A DNA stretch of 64,000 bases, taken from positions 36,146,001 through 36,210,000 of the forward strand of contig OZ024748.1 in NCBI GenBank assembly GCA_964016885.1, written 5' to 3'. This DNA comes from Eledone cirrhosa. Lineage: Eukaryota. A program made the position numbers and the translations under genes. The stretch's first letter is position 1; every line of letters starts with the position of its first letter. Below are positions 27,542 through 41,104 of this stretch, piece after piece. The notes under the pieces are model-generated. The model was not told the origin of the DNA. It saw only the letters and a program-made list of their open reading frames with translations, and did no database searches.

Positions 27542-27752
27542 GTGCGTATGAACTTGGGGCCATAGACCCGAGTCTTTATAAAATTGTAGATGAAGATGAA
27601 GACTATGATATGTCCGACGACCATATCGGACGATTGTGGTTTACGGTGGAGTACGAACGGGAAACGGAAAAGCTGCTAGTTACACTTATCAAAGCGAAAA
27701 ACTTACCTAGCCGCACAATGAGTAGTTCAAACGGATGTGATTCTTTCGTCAG
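27542..27752 (+). CDS. SYT15: Internal exon of a synaptotagmin-15-like gene (linker and start of C2A)
   Basis: Polypyrimidine-CAG acceptor and GTGAGT donor; 211 bp. GAIDPSLYK...IGRLWFTVEYERETEKLLVTLIKAKNL closely resembles SYT15 [23 protein letters not shown] (recalled). Confidence 0.88.
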
Positions 27753-27837
27753 GTGAGTTCACAACTTTTAGTTAGTTTCTACACACACAATACAACATTT
27801 CTGATTGGGGACGGCAGTTCTATAGTATGATGATGGA

Positions 27838-28109
27838 GGTGGTGGTGGTGGTGGTGGTGTCGGTGGTGGTGTTGGAGGTGGTGGTGGTGGTGTTGGTGGT
27901 GGTGTTGGCGGTGGCGGTGGTGGTGGTGTCGGTGGTGGTGTTGGCGGTGGTGGTGGTGGTGGTGGTGGTGGTGGTGGTGGTGTCGATGGTGGTGTTGGCG
28001 GTGGTGGTGGTGGTGGTGTTGGCGGTGGTGGTGTCGCTGGTGGTGGTGGTGTCGGTGGTGGTGTTGGCGGTGGTGGTGGTGGTGGTGGTGTCGGTGGTGG
28101 CGGTGGTGG

Positions 28110-28140
<31 letters not shown>

Positions 28141-28620
28141 GGTGGTGGTGGTGTTGGTGTCGGTGGTAGTGTTGGCGGTGGTGGTGGTGGTGTCGGTGGT
28201 GGTGTCGGTGGTGGTGGTGGTGTCAGTGGCGGTGGCGGCGGTGGTGGTGGTGGTGTTGGCGGTGGTGGTGATGGTGGTAGTTCTAGTTAAAATATATAAC
28301 ACTCTGAGTAAGAAGTTGTTGCTGCAAGTGACATGCATTAATTTATATTCACTGCCAGAGACTTAATGACCGTCAGACCCCATCCCCACCTATTGTTAGC
28401 TGTATCATCAGCAGCAGCAGTAGAACCACCACCATGATACTACCTCCACAACCACACCACCACTACCAAACCACAACACCACCACCAACACCACCACACC
28501 ACCCCACCACCACTAATACATCCCCACCACACCACCACACCGCCACCACACTACCACCACACTACCACCACCACTAATACCCCCCACACCACCACCACCA
28601 CCACTAACTTCCCCACCCAT
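27838..28620. repeat. Degenerate (GGT)n followed by (CCA)n
   Basis: 27838-28278 and ~28430-28620. Confidence 0.9.
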
Positions 28621-28877
28621 CACTATTCATTATATAAAATATCCTGATACATCTCAATGCTAATTACGGATAAAATACGGACAGTGCGTTTTTATGACAA
28701 GTCCGAGCTCATTTGAATATGCAAATTAGGAGCCTTAAAGAAGTTATATGTAAATGATATCAGTTTGTTACGGGAACAATGTCTTTTGTCAAATACATTG
28801 TGAAAATATTACAAAGATGGACTTAACGGTTTATTGTTTACAGTAGCAGATACTCGGCTGGAGAGTTTCTTCTCTAA

Positions 28878-28918
<41 letters not shown>

Positions 28919-28927
28919 TATATATAT

Positions 28928-29437
28928 TTCGGAATGTTTTTGACTGTTGTTTCATGTAAACAAACATTCGTCTCATTCTGACGTCACCAGCCCTGATTTT
29001 CCACATGTGCGTTTTATTTTCATAATCACGCATGCTGTTAAACTACCCGGCTTTTAAATTCCCTTTTTGGCATATTAATCAGTGAGAATTTGGCTATCGT
29101 GTTGAGCTCTGCTGATGATCGTATTCCAACCGTGACCATCTCCACTGAAAGTTTTCGTGAAATAGTCTTTTTCAAGACTATACAGAGCATTTGTAGTTGT
29201 CCCAAATTGAAGGATGAGTATTTTAAACTTTATTTTATCATGAGTTAAGGCTCTATTGATTTCTCCCTGGATTTCACTAAATTCTGTTGGATAAATCTAT
29301 ATCCTGATTCTTTTTGAATTGAGTTTGAATTATTTTTCCTACATCTTACGTTAACTATTTTTCCATTTTGACGCTATAGTCACTTATATATTATGGAATA
29401 CTGTTGGCTTCTTGCTACAATACTTTCTATACCTTTC

Positions 29438-29484
<47 letters not shown>

Positions 29485-30417
29485 GTATAGAGATTGTTTT
29501 AGCAAGAAGCTAACGGCATTCTATAACATATATGCGACTATAACGTCAAGATGGGAAAAGTAGTTAACGAAAGATTTAGGAAAAATAACTCAAACTCATC
29601 TCAAAAGAGAATCAGGATACAAATTCATCCACAGAATTTAGTAAAATCCAGGGAAAAATCTATAGACCTTTAACTCATGATAAAACAAAGTTTGAAACAC
29701 TTATCCTTCAATTTGGAATAACATCAAATGCTCTGTATAGTCTTAAAAGACTATTTCATGAAAACTTTCAGTGGAGATGGTCACGGTTGGAATATCATTC
29801 ATCAGCAGAGCTCAACAGAAAACCAGGGCTCTCACAGTAATATAGTCCGAAAAAGGGAATTCTAAAACTGGCTAGTTCGCCTTCATGTGTATTTATGAAA
29901 AAGCACATGAGGAAAAAACGAGGCTAGTGACGTCAGGATGGAAGAGAATGATTATTTACAAGAAATAGCAGTCAAATACATTCTGAAAAAAAAACTCTAC
30001 AAAGGAGTTCAGCAAAATAGCAATAATTATCACAGTTTTTAGGAAAAAAACCGGGATTAGTCACAGATAGTTTAAGCACTCTAGGAAAAGAATCCGAGTA
30101 TAAATATAAATGAGAGGTATAGAGATTGTTTTAGCAAGAAGCTAACGGCATTCTATAACATATATGCGACTATAACGTCAAGATGGGAAAAGTAGTTAAC
30201 GAAAGATTTAGGAAAAATAACTCAAACTCATCTCAAAAGAGAATCAGGATACAAATTCTTCCACAGAATTTAGTAAAATCCAGGGAATAATCTATAGACC
30301 TTTAACTCATGATAAAACAAAGTTTGAAACACTTATCCTTCAATTTGGAATAACATCAAATGCTCTGTATAGTCTTAAAAGACTATTTCATGAAAACCTT
30401 CAGTGGAGATGGTCACA
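28928..30417. repeat. Old inverted duplication around (TA)n plus a recent direct duplication
   Basis: 28928-29439 vs 29478-29988 inverted and diverged; 30110-30417 nearly identical to 29478-29785. Confidence 0.85.
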
Positions 30418-30424
30418 TATATAT

Positions 30425-30650
30425 ATGTAAAAGGTAAACAAAAATAACAACACAAACAGTACAGTATATGGAAGGGATGTATTAGGTTAACGCTTGAAAT
30501 ACCAGGAAGAGGGTCTTAACGTTTCGGACGCTAGTCCTTTATCAGAAGAAAGAATGAGAAATAAGATAGATTGAAGAGGCGGGTTGCTTGCAACTTGAAA
30601 AAAATGTCTTTAGATTAAAATAACAGGTCCAATCATGTTGACATCTCTAG
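30425..30650 (-). mobile_element. pLTR-like element (14.2-kb family), HHR core mutated to CTGATAA
   Basis: TCTTAACGTTTCGGACGCTAGTCCTTTATCAG. Confidence 0.8.
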
Positions 30651-30669
30651 GAAAACAATATATATATAT

Positions 30670-30734
<65 letters not shown>

Positions 30735-30894
30735 ACTAAAAACATAAATAAATAAAAATAAAAATAAACTATAGCTTTGTAGAATTAGCTTTTAATGAAT
30801 TTTCTATCAACCAATGACCTACACCCATCCCACTCCCCACCCTCTCCTACCACTTGTAGAGACCTATAAATACCATTTTTATTTTTTGATACCC

Positions 30895-30945
30895 AGATTC
30901 CTGATGATTTCTAAAGAATGAAACAGTTCTAGTCCTGTAGAATCT
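30895..30945 (+). ncRNA. Type I hammerhead with intact stems
   Basis: AGATTC-CTGATGA-T-TTC-TAAA-GAA-T-GAA-ACAG-TTCTAGTC-CTGT-A-GAATCT. Confidence 0.78.
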
Positions 30946-31286
30946 CATCTATATTAAAACTATATATATATATATATTGTTTTCCACATAGTATAATAAA
31001 CCTTTAAGGAATTACACCAGTCCAGCCTCCTGTTATTTTATAATATATATATGATCCCGTTAAGGGTGAAAGCAGCGATTCTTTGCTTAAACTTTAATCT
31101 CTTATTTTAATAAATATTTGGTCAATGGTTTTATATATTTTGATATATATTTATCCTTAGCGAGCCCTCTTCGGATCTTAGTCTTCACATTTATTATTAT
31201 TACTATATATATATATTAGGATTCGTACACCCGGAAATACATGAAACAACTGTCTTATAATCTCTCTCTCTCTCTATATATATCTA

Positions 31287-31317
<31 letters not shown>

Positions 31318-31320
<3 letters not shown>

Positions 31321-32856
31321 GACAAACATAGAATATTCGAAAATATTCTGTATGTTTATAATAAACATTTTGAAGACCCAATCGCTATAGAATAGAATAC
31401 GTCACGTATTACAATTTGAGATTCTCGATAAAAGCAAGGGAAGTAACCTACGCGTTTCATTCTTATTAGAAATCATCAGGATTACATATCCAATGCTTTT
31501 ATCGAGAACGACACAGCTAGAGACTTATAGAATACTTAGCTGTGTACAGGAACTGGTTTGAAAGAGCGGTAGCCGGTCCGGCAGAAATTAGAATTTGGAT
31601 TTAATGCTCTGAAATAGCGATATATATGTGAAGACAAACATAGAATATTCGAAAATATTCTGTATGTTTATAATAAACATTTTGAAGACCCAATCGCTAT
31701 AGAATAGAATACGTCACGTATTACAATTTGAGATTCTCGATAAAAGCAAGGGAAGTAACCTACGCGTTTCATTCTTATTAGAAATCATCAGGATTACATA
31801 TCCAATGCTTTTATCGAGAACGGGGTCTTCAAAATGTTTATTATAAACATACAGAATATTTTCAAATATTCTATGTTTGTCTTCACATATATATCGCTAT
31901 TTCAGAGCATTAAATCCAAATTCTAATTTCTGCCGGACCGGCTACCGCTCTTTCAAACCAGTTCCTGTACACAGCTAAGTATTCTATAAGTCTCTAGCTG
32001 TGTCGTTCTCGATAAAAGCATTGGATATGTAATCCTGATGATTTCTAATAAGAATGAAACGCGTAGGTTACTTCCCTTGCTTTTATCGAGAATCTCAAAT
32101 TGTAATACGTGACGTATTCTATTCTATAGCGATTGGGTCTTCAAAATGTTTATTATAAACATACAGAATATTTTCGAATATTCTATGTTTGTCTTCACAT
32201 ATATATCGCTATTTCAGAGCATTAAATCCAAACTCTAATTTCTGCCGGACCGGCTACCGCTCTTTCAAACCAGTTCCTGTACACAGCTAAGTATTCTATA
32301 AGTCTCTAGCTGTGTCGTTCTCGATAAAAGCATTGGATATGTAATCCTGATGATTTCTAATAAGAATGAAACGCGTAGGTTACTTCCCTTGCTTTTATCG
32401 AGAATCTCAAATTGTAATACGTGACGTATTCTATTCTATAGCGATTGGGTCTTCAAAATGTTTATTATAAACATACAGAATATTTTCGAATATTCTATGT
32501 TTGTCTTCACATATATATCGCTATTTCAGAGCATTAAATCCAAACTCTAATTTCTGCCGGACCGGCTACCGCTCTTTCAAACCAGTTCCTGTACACAGCT
32601 AAGTATTCTATAAGTCTCTAGCTGTGTCGTTCTCGATAAAAGCATTGGATATGTAATCCTGATGATTTCTAATAAGAATGAAACGCGTAGGTTACTTCCC
32701 TTGCTTTTATCGAGAATCTCAAATTGTAATACGTGACGTATTCTATTCTATAGCGATTGGGTCTTCAAAATGTTTATTATAAACATACAGAATATTTTCG
32801 AATATTCTATGTTTGTCTTCACATATATATCGCTATTTCAGAGCATTAAATCCAAA
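31318..32856. mobile_element. 312-bp tandem array with one hammerhead per unit (retrozyme-like), partly inverted
   Basis: Minus copies 31318-31822, plus copies 31823-32856; CTGATGA at 32035, 32347 and 32659; (TA)n flanks. Confidence 0.9.
32029..32071 (+). ncRNA. Minimal type I hammerhead (also 32341-32383 and 32653-32695 plus; 31443-31485 and 31755-31797 minus)
   Basis: GTAATC-CTGATGA-T-TTCT-AATA-AGAA-T-GAAAC-GC-GT-A-GGTTAC. Confidence 0.82.
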
Positions 32857-33139
32857 TATATATATATATATAGCTGTGAGTTTTTTCTATAGCTGTCGCA
32901 AGTGTGGAAACCACACTATTATAATTTTAGTTTTCACTTCAATGTATACTACAAATATCCGGTTGGTTGAATATCCAGCGGAAAAACTCATAAGAGTCAA
33001 CATCCAAAAGTGTGTAAATATGTATATACACATGTACATATGTATGTATATGTATATGTGCATATACATGGGTGCATGTGTATGTATATGCACGGGGACA
33101 TAGAAATAGTCGGGCTGGACACCCGATCGCGCGGTTAAA

Positions 33140-33370
33140 CCACTGGGAGTGAAGGACCCCTAGCCTTTGTCAGGGCATTCTTCTAGGAGAAGGCAGCTTA
33201 GGAAACTGGGATAACTCCGATATAAAACCTGCGGCTCAGTAGTTACCGATGATGTTGATCTTTTCTTCTTTTCGGGTTATAGCTACTGTCGCTCAGAGAG
33301 AGGGATTGGCTCAGTGCACAGTCTTTCCTCACTTTAAAAAATATCTTCACGCACAGGCATTGCACGATAG
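33140..33370 (+). mobile_element. RTE 5'-UTR-derived fragment
   Basis: Similar to 35530-35720 (GACCCC.TAGCCTTTGTCA.GGCA..TTCTAGGAGAAGG). Confidence 0.6.
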
Positions 33371-34477
33371 AATTAATTAATAATTATTAATAATGGTATA
33401 ACGTGCAACGGCCATACTCGATAACGAGGGGGCAGCTATCATATATATATGTAGTATGTATGTATGCATGTATGTATATATGTATGTATGCTATGCATGT
33501 ATATATGTATGCATGTATTTATGTGCATGTATATCTCATATATCGTTTAAGTTGTCCACCGTATATTTTCAAATTAGCCCAACGTGAGGGACCCTATTTG
33601 ATCATTAACTTACTAGAAATAGCAGTCATGTCACCCTAAAATCCCAGTGTATTATATTTAAAACGACAACAGCCAGATCTCTTTCAGATCCTACTCACCT
33701 ATCATCAAAATGTAACTATATATATATGGTAATATAGTCTTAGATTCTTGAAAACAAGATGGAACAATCAGGAATGGAACATTTTTGATTGTAAGTTTTC
33801 TTGATCAGTGTTAGCTGAAGGCTAACCAACAACAACAACAACAACAACAGCGACGACAACAACAACAACGAGCACGACGATAGCTTACAAATGTAATTCT
33901 AACCTAACACATTAGAACGGTCGTTCTGACTTTAACTTTCACAGCAAGAGTCTTAAATAATGAAACAATTTTCTATCTGGCTCCAAGAAAACGGAAATTG
34001 CATCTGTTTGAAATAATCGGATCAATGAATCACGTCGTCTCGAGGTCGTAGTAATGGAATTTCACCAAATAAAGATGTAAGCCTGTCTTGTATATATGGT
34101 GGATGAGGTGAAATAAACCTAACTAATATATCCTATTGTTGTTTAGCCATTGGTCATTCCTCGCCCAGAAGACATTTCAACAAAAAAACCTTACAGCTGT
34201 GATCACATAGTCACCATTTGTTATAGGAGTATTACTCTCTTTTTCCTTTTGACCTTCCCATTTTAATCCGCCTGCGTGAGCTTCAGCTGTTATTTCTAGA
34301 CAATTAAGCGCCTGTGTAGAGAACAATTTTCGAGGAGGGATTCGTGAGATCAGTGAACAAAATTCCACGTGCATTCCAAATCTGAAATTGCCCACTGACC
34401 AATGCATACACAAACACATATGTATATGTATATGCATATATATACACACACAGGCATGTATATAATATAATATAATA

Positions 34478-34589
<112 letters not shown>

Positions 34590-35358
34590 GGTAGATAGAC
34601 AGAAATCAATACAGATATGGATATAGTGAGATATTCATGTACTGTTTACATTTTAACCTTTCACTGATCCGATTTATTAAGATGTTAATTGAAGTGTGAT
34701 CCCAACGATCTAATTGAAGCCGAGCAGATGTAGTTCATTTAACAACTGAACGCCATTAATGTTTACATAGATGCCCGGATGTAGATTCTTCATAATTTAG
34801 ATGGTATGTTCAATATGGCATGAACAAATGTTTAAACAAACAGAAGCAGACACACGGTTAGACAGAGGCAAGTATGTATGTATGTATGTATGTATGTATG
34901 TATGTATGTATGTATGTATGTATGTATGTATGTATGTATGTATGTATTATGTATGTATTATGTATGCATGTATGCATGCATGTATCTAATTATGTATGTA
35001 TGTATATACTTCTGGTTTTATAATTTCACAATGTTTTCCCAATAGAGAGAGAGTCGGTTTCTAACATAGACACAAGACTCTCTCATTGGAATTTACACAA
35101 CATCAACTAGGTAGATATGTATGTATGCATGCATGTGTAGATATAGATGTTATTGTTTGTGTGGATGTGTATATTTTGAGTTGTATGTGTGCATGTGTAT
35201 ATGCTTTGTATCTGTACATTTGTATATGCAGTTATTAGATGCAAAGGTTTTGGAATGTGTTACATATTTTTACTGTTCTATTAATGGATTGTACTTGTAA
35301 TATCCTAACTAGTTTTGTGTATGTATGTATGTATGTATGTATGTATGTATGTATGTAT

Positions 35359-35940
35359 CCCAGTACAACCTGTCTCATGGTCGGGTCGTTGGCGACTAAA
35401 CTGGCAACCCCACCAAGGTTTCTTGGTGAGGAGGGTGACTTTGGACATCCTGCAGGACTAAAAACAAAACCTGTCAAAGGGCAAAGGAGCTCTTAAGAGT
35501 CAATGGCCATCCAAAATCACAGGGAGAGATGACCCCTTAGCCTTTGTCAAGGCAGAATTCTAGGAGAAGGAAAACTCTGATATAACACCTGCAACTCTGA
35601 TGGTATCCATTGATGTTGACTTGTTCTTCTTTTTGGTAAATATCATCTTGGTTAAGAGAGTGGGACTGACTTTGTGGACTGCCTTTGCTCACTATAAAAG
35701 CTTCACGGCACAGGCATTGCTTTATATCTGGAGATCTCTCTGCACTTGTCATCACATGGTACCATGGGCCCAGCACTATGTGTCAATAATTGTCACAAGT
35801 GTAGTGTCTGTACCAGAGTTTTCAAGTCGCTGGCTGGACTAAAAAGTCACACTCGTTCAGCGCATCGGTAGGGGTTCTCCTACCGATATAAAGTAGTGGC
35901 CGTACTCGAAAACGAGTTGGCAGCCACCATGTATGTATGC
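35359..35940 (+). mobile_element. Bipartite non-autonomous RTE-derived element
   Basis: RTE-like 5' UTR (AGGAGAAGGAAAACTCTGAT) fused to a terminal C2H2 remnant HKCSVCTRVFKSLAGLKSHTRSAHR* (35794-35871), hairpin CTCGAAAACGAG and (TATG)n tail. Confidence 0.7.
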
Positions 35941-36127
35941 CCAATTGACTATATATAAATGTATGTATGCCCAATTGACTATATATAAATCTCTTCTTGA
36001 TGGTTCCAGTAATCATCCTTCTCCATATGAAACCATGGTAGCGAGATCTATATATAAATTTAGATAGAATATTTTTGTCTATCTTGTATATATTCCCATA
36101 AATCTTTTCTCACTTAATATTAATATA

Positions 36128-36316
36128 TAATTGTTTCTACTTTTGGCACAAGGCCAGCAATTATTCAAGTGTATTACTGGTACTTTATTTTATCGACCCT
36201 GTAAGGATGAAAGGCAAAGTTAACCTCGGTGGAATTTGAACTCAGACCATAAAGGGCCGTAACTCTATGCTGCAAAGCATGGCATCCGACCCTCTACCGA
36301 TATTGCCAATCCACCA
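36128..36316 (-). mobile_element. tRNA-SINE, near full length
   Basis: Main family; AATATATAAT on both flanks. Confidence 0.88.
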
Positions 36317-36383
36317 ATATATAATATTACTACCTGAGGGATTCCTCTCATTGAGATGTTTGAGTATTAGTGACTAATTAACC

Positions 36384-36474
<91 letters not shown>

Positions 36475-36623
36475 GTGTGTGTGTGTATGTATGTGTGTGT
36501 GTGTGTGTAATGATGGTGAGTAGACTGGTTGGAGCACTAACGGTTTTATTTACGTATATAATAGAACCATCTCACTGTCTTTGTTAGAAATGATAGAGTG
36601 GGATATATATTTGTTATCGCATC

Positions 36624-36716
36624 ACCAGTCTGAGGAGCAGATCGATACTGGAGTCGGGTCCATAACTCCTATGTGTCACCTTGAGCCAATCATCTGCGAA
36701 ACGCGCAGTAACAGGT
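36624..36716 (+). ncRNA. Type I hammerhead with ~50-nt structured stem-II insertion
   Basis: ACCAGT-CTGAGGA-GCAGAT...ATCTGC-GAAAC-GCGCA-GT-A-ACAGGT. Confidence 0.72.
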
Positions 36717-36782
36717 CATACGCAATAAATATTTTTCATATGTAAACGAGACTTCCTCGTTTTTTCTATTATATATATATAT

Positions 36783-36900
36783 AGGTGAAGGCGCGTGGCT
36801 GAGTGGTTAGAGAATTGGATTCTCAATCGTGAGGTTGTGAGTTCGATTCCCGGACAAGGCGATTCGTTGTGTCCTTGGGCAAGCCATTTTATCTCACTTT
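36783..36900 (+). mobile_element. tRNA-headed SINE, second family
   Basis: TGGCTGAGTGGTTAG and GAGTTCGATTCCC boxes followed by TGTGTCCTTGGGCAAG. Confidence 0.7.
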
Positions 36901-37291
36901 ACTCCTTCTACCTGGAGTTGCGACTGATAGAGAGTATTAGCAATTAGAAAGACCAATGGAAACAGTTTCCTCGGTCCGATTTGACAAAAAGTCGATCGAC
37001 TGTCGATATATATATATATATATAGTGTCCCAAAATATGCATACATACATTGATTACCTGTACAAGCAATATTTATTAGAATGCTGTTGAAGTGTGTGTA
37101 AATGTATCTGGGTGCCCCTGAGTATATACACTAAAGGTGTAATCTGTGTGAAAGTCACATTCGACCTTCATGAACCATCATTGCAGATATATTCCAATAT
37201 CTTACATCAGCTAGAAATACTCGTACAATTATTTTGTTTCCTGTTTAACTAAAGTGGAAACCCAAACAATGTTTGAAAACAATACTAATTG

Positions 37292-37465
37292 TAATTGTTT
37301 CTACTTTAGGCACAAGGCCAGCAATTACACAGTGCATTACTGGTACTTTATTTTATCGACCCCGTAAGGATGAAAGGCAAAGTTAACCTCCGCGGGATTT
37401 GAACTCAGAACGTAAAGGGCCGTAACTCTTTACTGCAAAGCATGGCGTCCGACCCTCTACTTGCC
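37292..37465 (-). mobile_element. tRNA-SINE
   Basis: Main family reverse complement. Confidence 0.88.
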
Positions 37466-38596
37466 ATAAAACTATATTTTACGGCAAGTGCTGACGATAA
37501 CCTAATGTTTTATCATACTCTGTCAGAATTATGTGTGTGTGTATGTTGGTATGTGTGTGTGTGTATGTGTATTGGTGTGCTTGTGTGTCTGTATGTGCAT
37601 GTATGTGTGGGCATATGTATACGTGTTTGTGTACATGTGAATGTGTGTGTGTGGGTATATATGTATGTGTGTTTGTATGTGTGTGTGTCTGTATTTGTGT
37701 GTGCATGTTTGTCTGTATGTTTATGTGTGTACGTGTGTGCTGGTGTGTGCATGCGTGTGCGTTTGCGTGTATGTTTTTTTCTTTATTTTTTGCGTTATTT
37801 TGTTGTAAATGAATCCTGGCTGCCGATTTAATCAACAATTTACCGACATTTTCCCCGTATTTCATCAGAGCTAGAGTTGCCCTCTATTACTGGCTGTAGC
37901 TTTTATACATATTCATAAGATCAAACAACCACTACGACAACAACAACAATAACTTCAATAATAACGACAACAACAACAACAACAATAACTTCAATAATAA
38001 CGACAACAGCAACAACAACAACAACAATAAAAACTTCAATAACATAAATACATAAACACTAAAAAACAAAACAAATCAACGACAATAAAAAGAAAACAAC
38101 AACGAAACTTCATTTATAAGTAAAACAACAACAACATCAACAACGACAGCAGTGACATTAGCAACAACAACAAGGACAGTAACAACAACAACAATAACAA
38201 GAGAGGGTGTAGCAGCAACAACAACGACAGTAACAACAACAACAATAACAAGAGAGGGTGTAGCAACAACAACAACAACAACAACGACAACAGTAACAAC
38301 AACAGTAACACTACCAGAACTTCCAATAATCATTAGAAACAAATGAAAGAGAAAATATTGGCCGCCATTTAAATGTAGAGGGAGCGGGGTGATTATGTAA
38401 TATAGGGAAACATAAATAGGTTATATAACAGTAATGCGTTGGGGTAAAGCAGGGAGATATCATGTTCTAGATTTCAATAAATACTAACGATATACTTGTT
38501 AATCTGAAGAGAGAAACAACGGCTTCCACGGGCCTGAATATATATATCTGTAAATGGTTATCCGTTGCTTTGTATGCTAGTGCGGTGTGTTGTCAT

Positions 38597-38654
<58 letters not shown>

Positions 38655-39055
38655 GGGAGGACAAAGGCGACCCAAACCAATGTGGTCGAGAATCAGCATG
38701 CAGAGAGAAAAAACGAGAGAAAAAACAAACAATTTAACCTAATAACAAATGTTTTGATGATCCAACAGGGAGAAAGCAAGCTTTACTAAACAAACATTTT
38801 TCGTACATGTTATAAAGATCCTTTATATAAATACCGGGTAAATTTTTCAAACTCTTTATATATATATATATGACTCTCTAAGTAAGTGGTAATGGTAGCA
38901 GCATTGATATTAATTTGAAGTATACCAGCATTAATATAAATTTCAATGTACAATAATAGCAAAGGAAGCCGTATTCTACCTCAGATCAATCACATATTGA
39001 AGTGGATCAACGACATAGGGATCGTTGATATATCATCGATTTAATTAAATCCACT

Positions 39056-39107
<52 letters not shown>

Positions 39108-39194
39108 TTTCTCTCTCTCTCTTATTTTCTCTCTCTCTCTTACTTTCTCTCTCTCTCTTTGTCGTCTATTTTCTCTCTCTCTTTCTCTCTCTCC

Positions 39195-39230
<36 letters not shown>

Positions 39231-39336
39231 TTCTCTCTCTCTCTCCCTTTCTATATGTCTATCTCTCTCTATCCATCTATCTATCTCCCTCACCCTCTCT
39301 CTTTCTCTCTCTCTATCTCTCTCTCTATATATATAT

Positions 39337-39416
<80 letters not shown>

Positions 39417-39760
39417 CTATCTATCTATCTATCTCTATCTCCCTTCATCGAGCATTATTCTCAGGCAATTAAAAGAAATAGACTAACAGATGTCGGTGAT
39501 TGGATGATATTTCAATATGGCCGACGCCTGATTTAGAGACATTGGCGGCTGAGTGGGATATGGAGATAGTCTTTCGCCTTCCAGCTTCCAGTAACGGTCA
39601 ACGAAGTAACGGTCAACGAGCTTTTAACACAAAGCCACAACACTTTCTTGTCTCGGGATTAATTCCTCTCCGATCATGAAACCAGCGACGAATGAAATTT
39701 TGTCTGATGTAGTGAATTACAGATTATAGAAAACAGTTACACACACACACACAGATATAC

Positions 39761-39970
39761 ACACACACATACACACACTGACTCACACGTACACACACAT
39801 ACACACACTGACTCACACGTACACACACATACACACACTGACTAACGCGTATACACACATACACACACTGACTCACGCGTATACACACATACACACACTG
39901 ACTCACACGTACACACACATACACACACTGACTCACACGTACACACACATACACATACTGACTCACGTGT
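39761..39970. repeat. 30-bp minisatellite, ~7 copies
   Basis: ACACACACATACACACACTGACTCACACGT. Confidence 0.9.
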
Positions 39971-40242
39971 ACACACACAGATACACAAACACACACATAC
40001 ACACAGACATACACTGACTCACGCATACACACATACACACACTGCCTCACACATACATGCACAGATACACTGATTCACACAGACAACACAGGCCACATAA
40101 TACTCTCATAATGCAACGTATTCACACTCACACTCACACTCACACAACGTATTAGATCCCCCCCCCCCACTCTATTTAGCGGGGCATAAGTCAGACTAAG
40201 TTAGCTGTTTAAACATTAGAGACTCACAATCTTTATTATATA

Positions 40243-40865
<623 letters not shown>

Positions 40866-41040
40866 TCCCGGGTTCAATCGGGGGTAACCACAATAAGTAA
40901 TGTGCCCAATACATTAGTAGAGTGTATATAAAACTCAATATAGAAATGGCTTCTACAGGACTAGAACTGTTTTATTCGAAGGCTTTTTCTGATGATTTCC
41001 TTCATATATATATATATGTGTGTGTGTATGTGTGTGTGTG

Positions 41041-41104
<64 letters not shown>

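Noticed and set aside
27820-28366. Poly-Thr mucin-like or poly-Val ORFs
   Set aside because: (GGT)n microsatellite just downstream of a splice donor.
29112-29160. CTGATGA...GAAA hammerhead candidate
   Set aside because: No stem I or stem II pairing in either arm.
36783-36865. tRNA gene
   Set aside because: Runs into a SINE body, with a poor acceptor stem and no terminator.
38745-38800. TTGATGA-TCC..GGA-GAAAG motif, and weak motifs near 17645, 22210, 26780 and 42280-42355
   Set aside because: Core or stem I broken; possibly decayed HHRs but not supportable individually.
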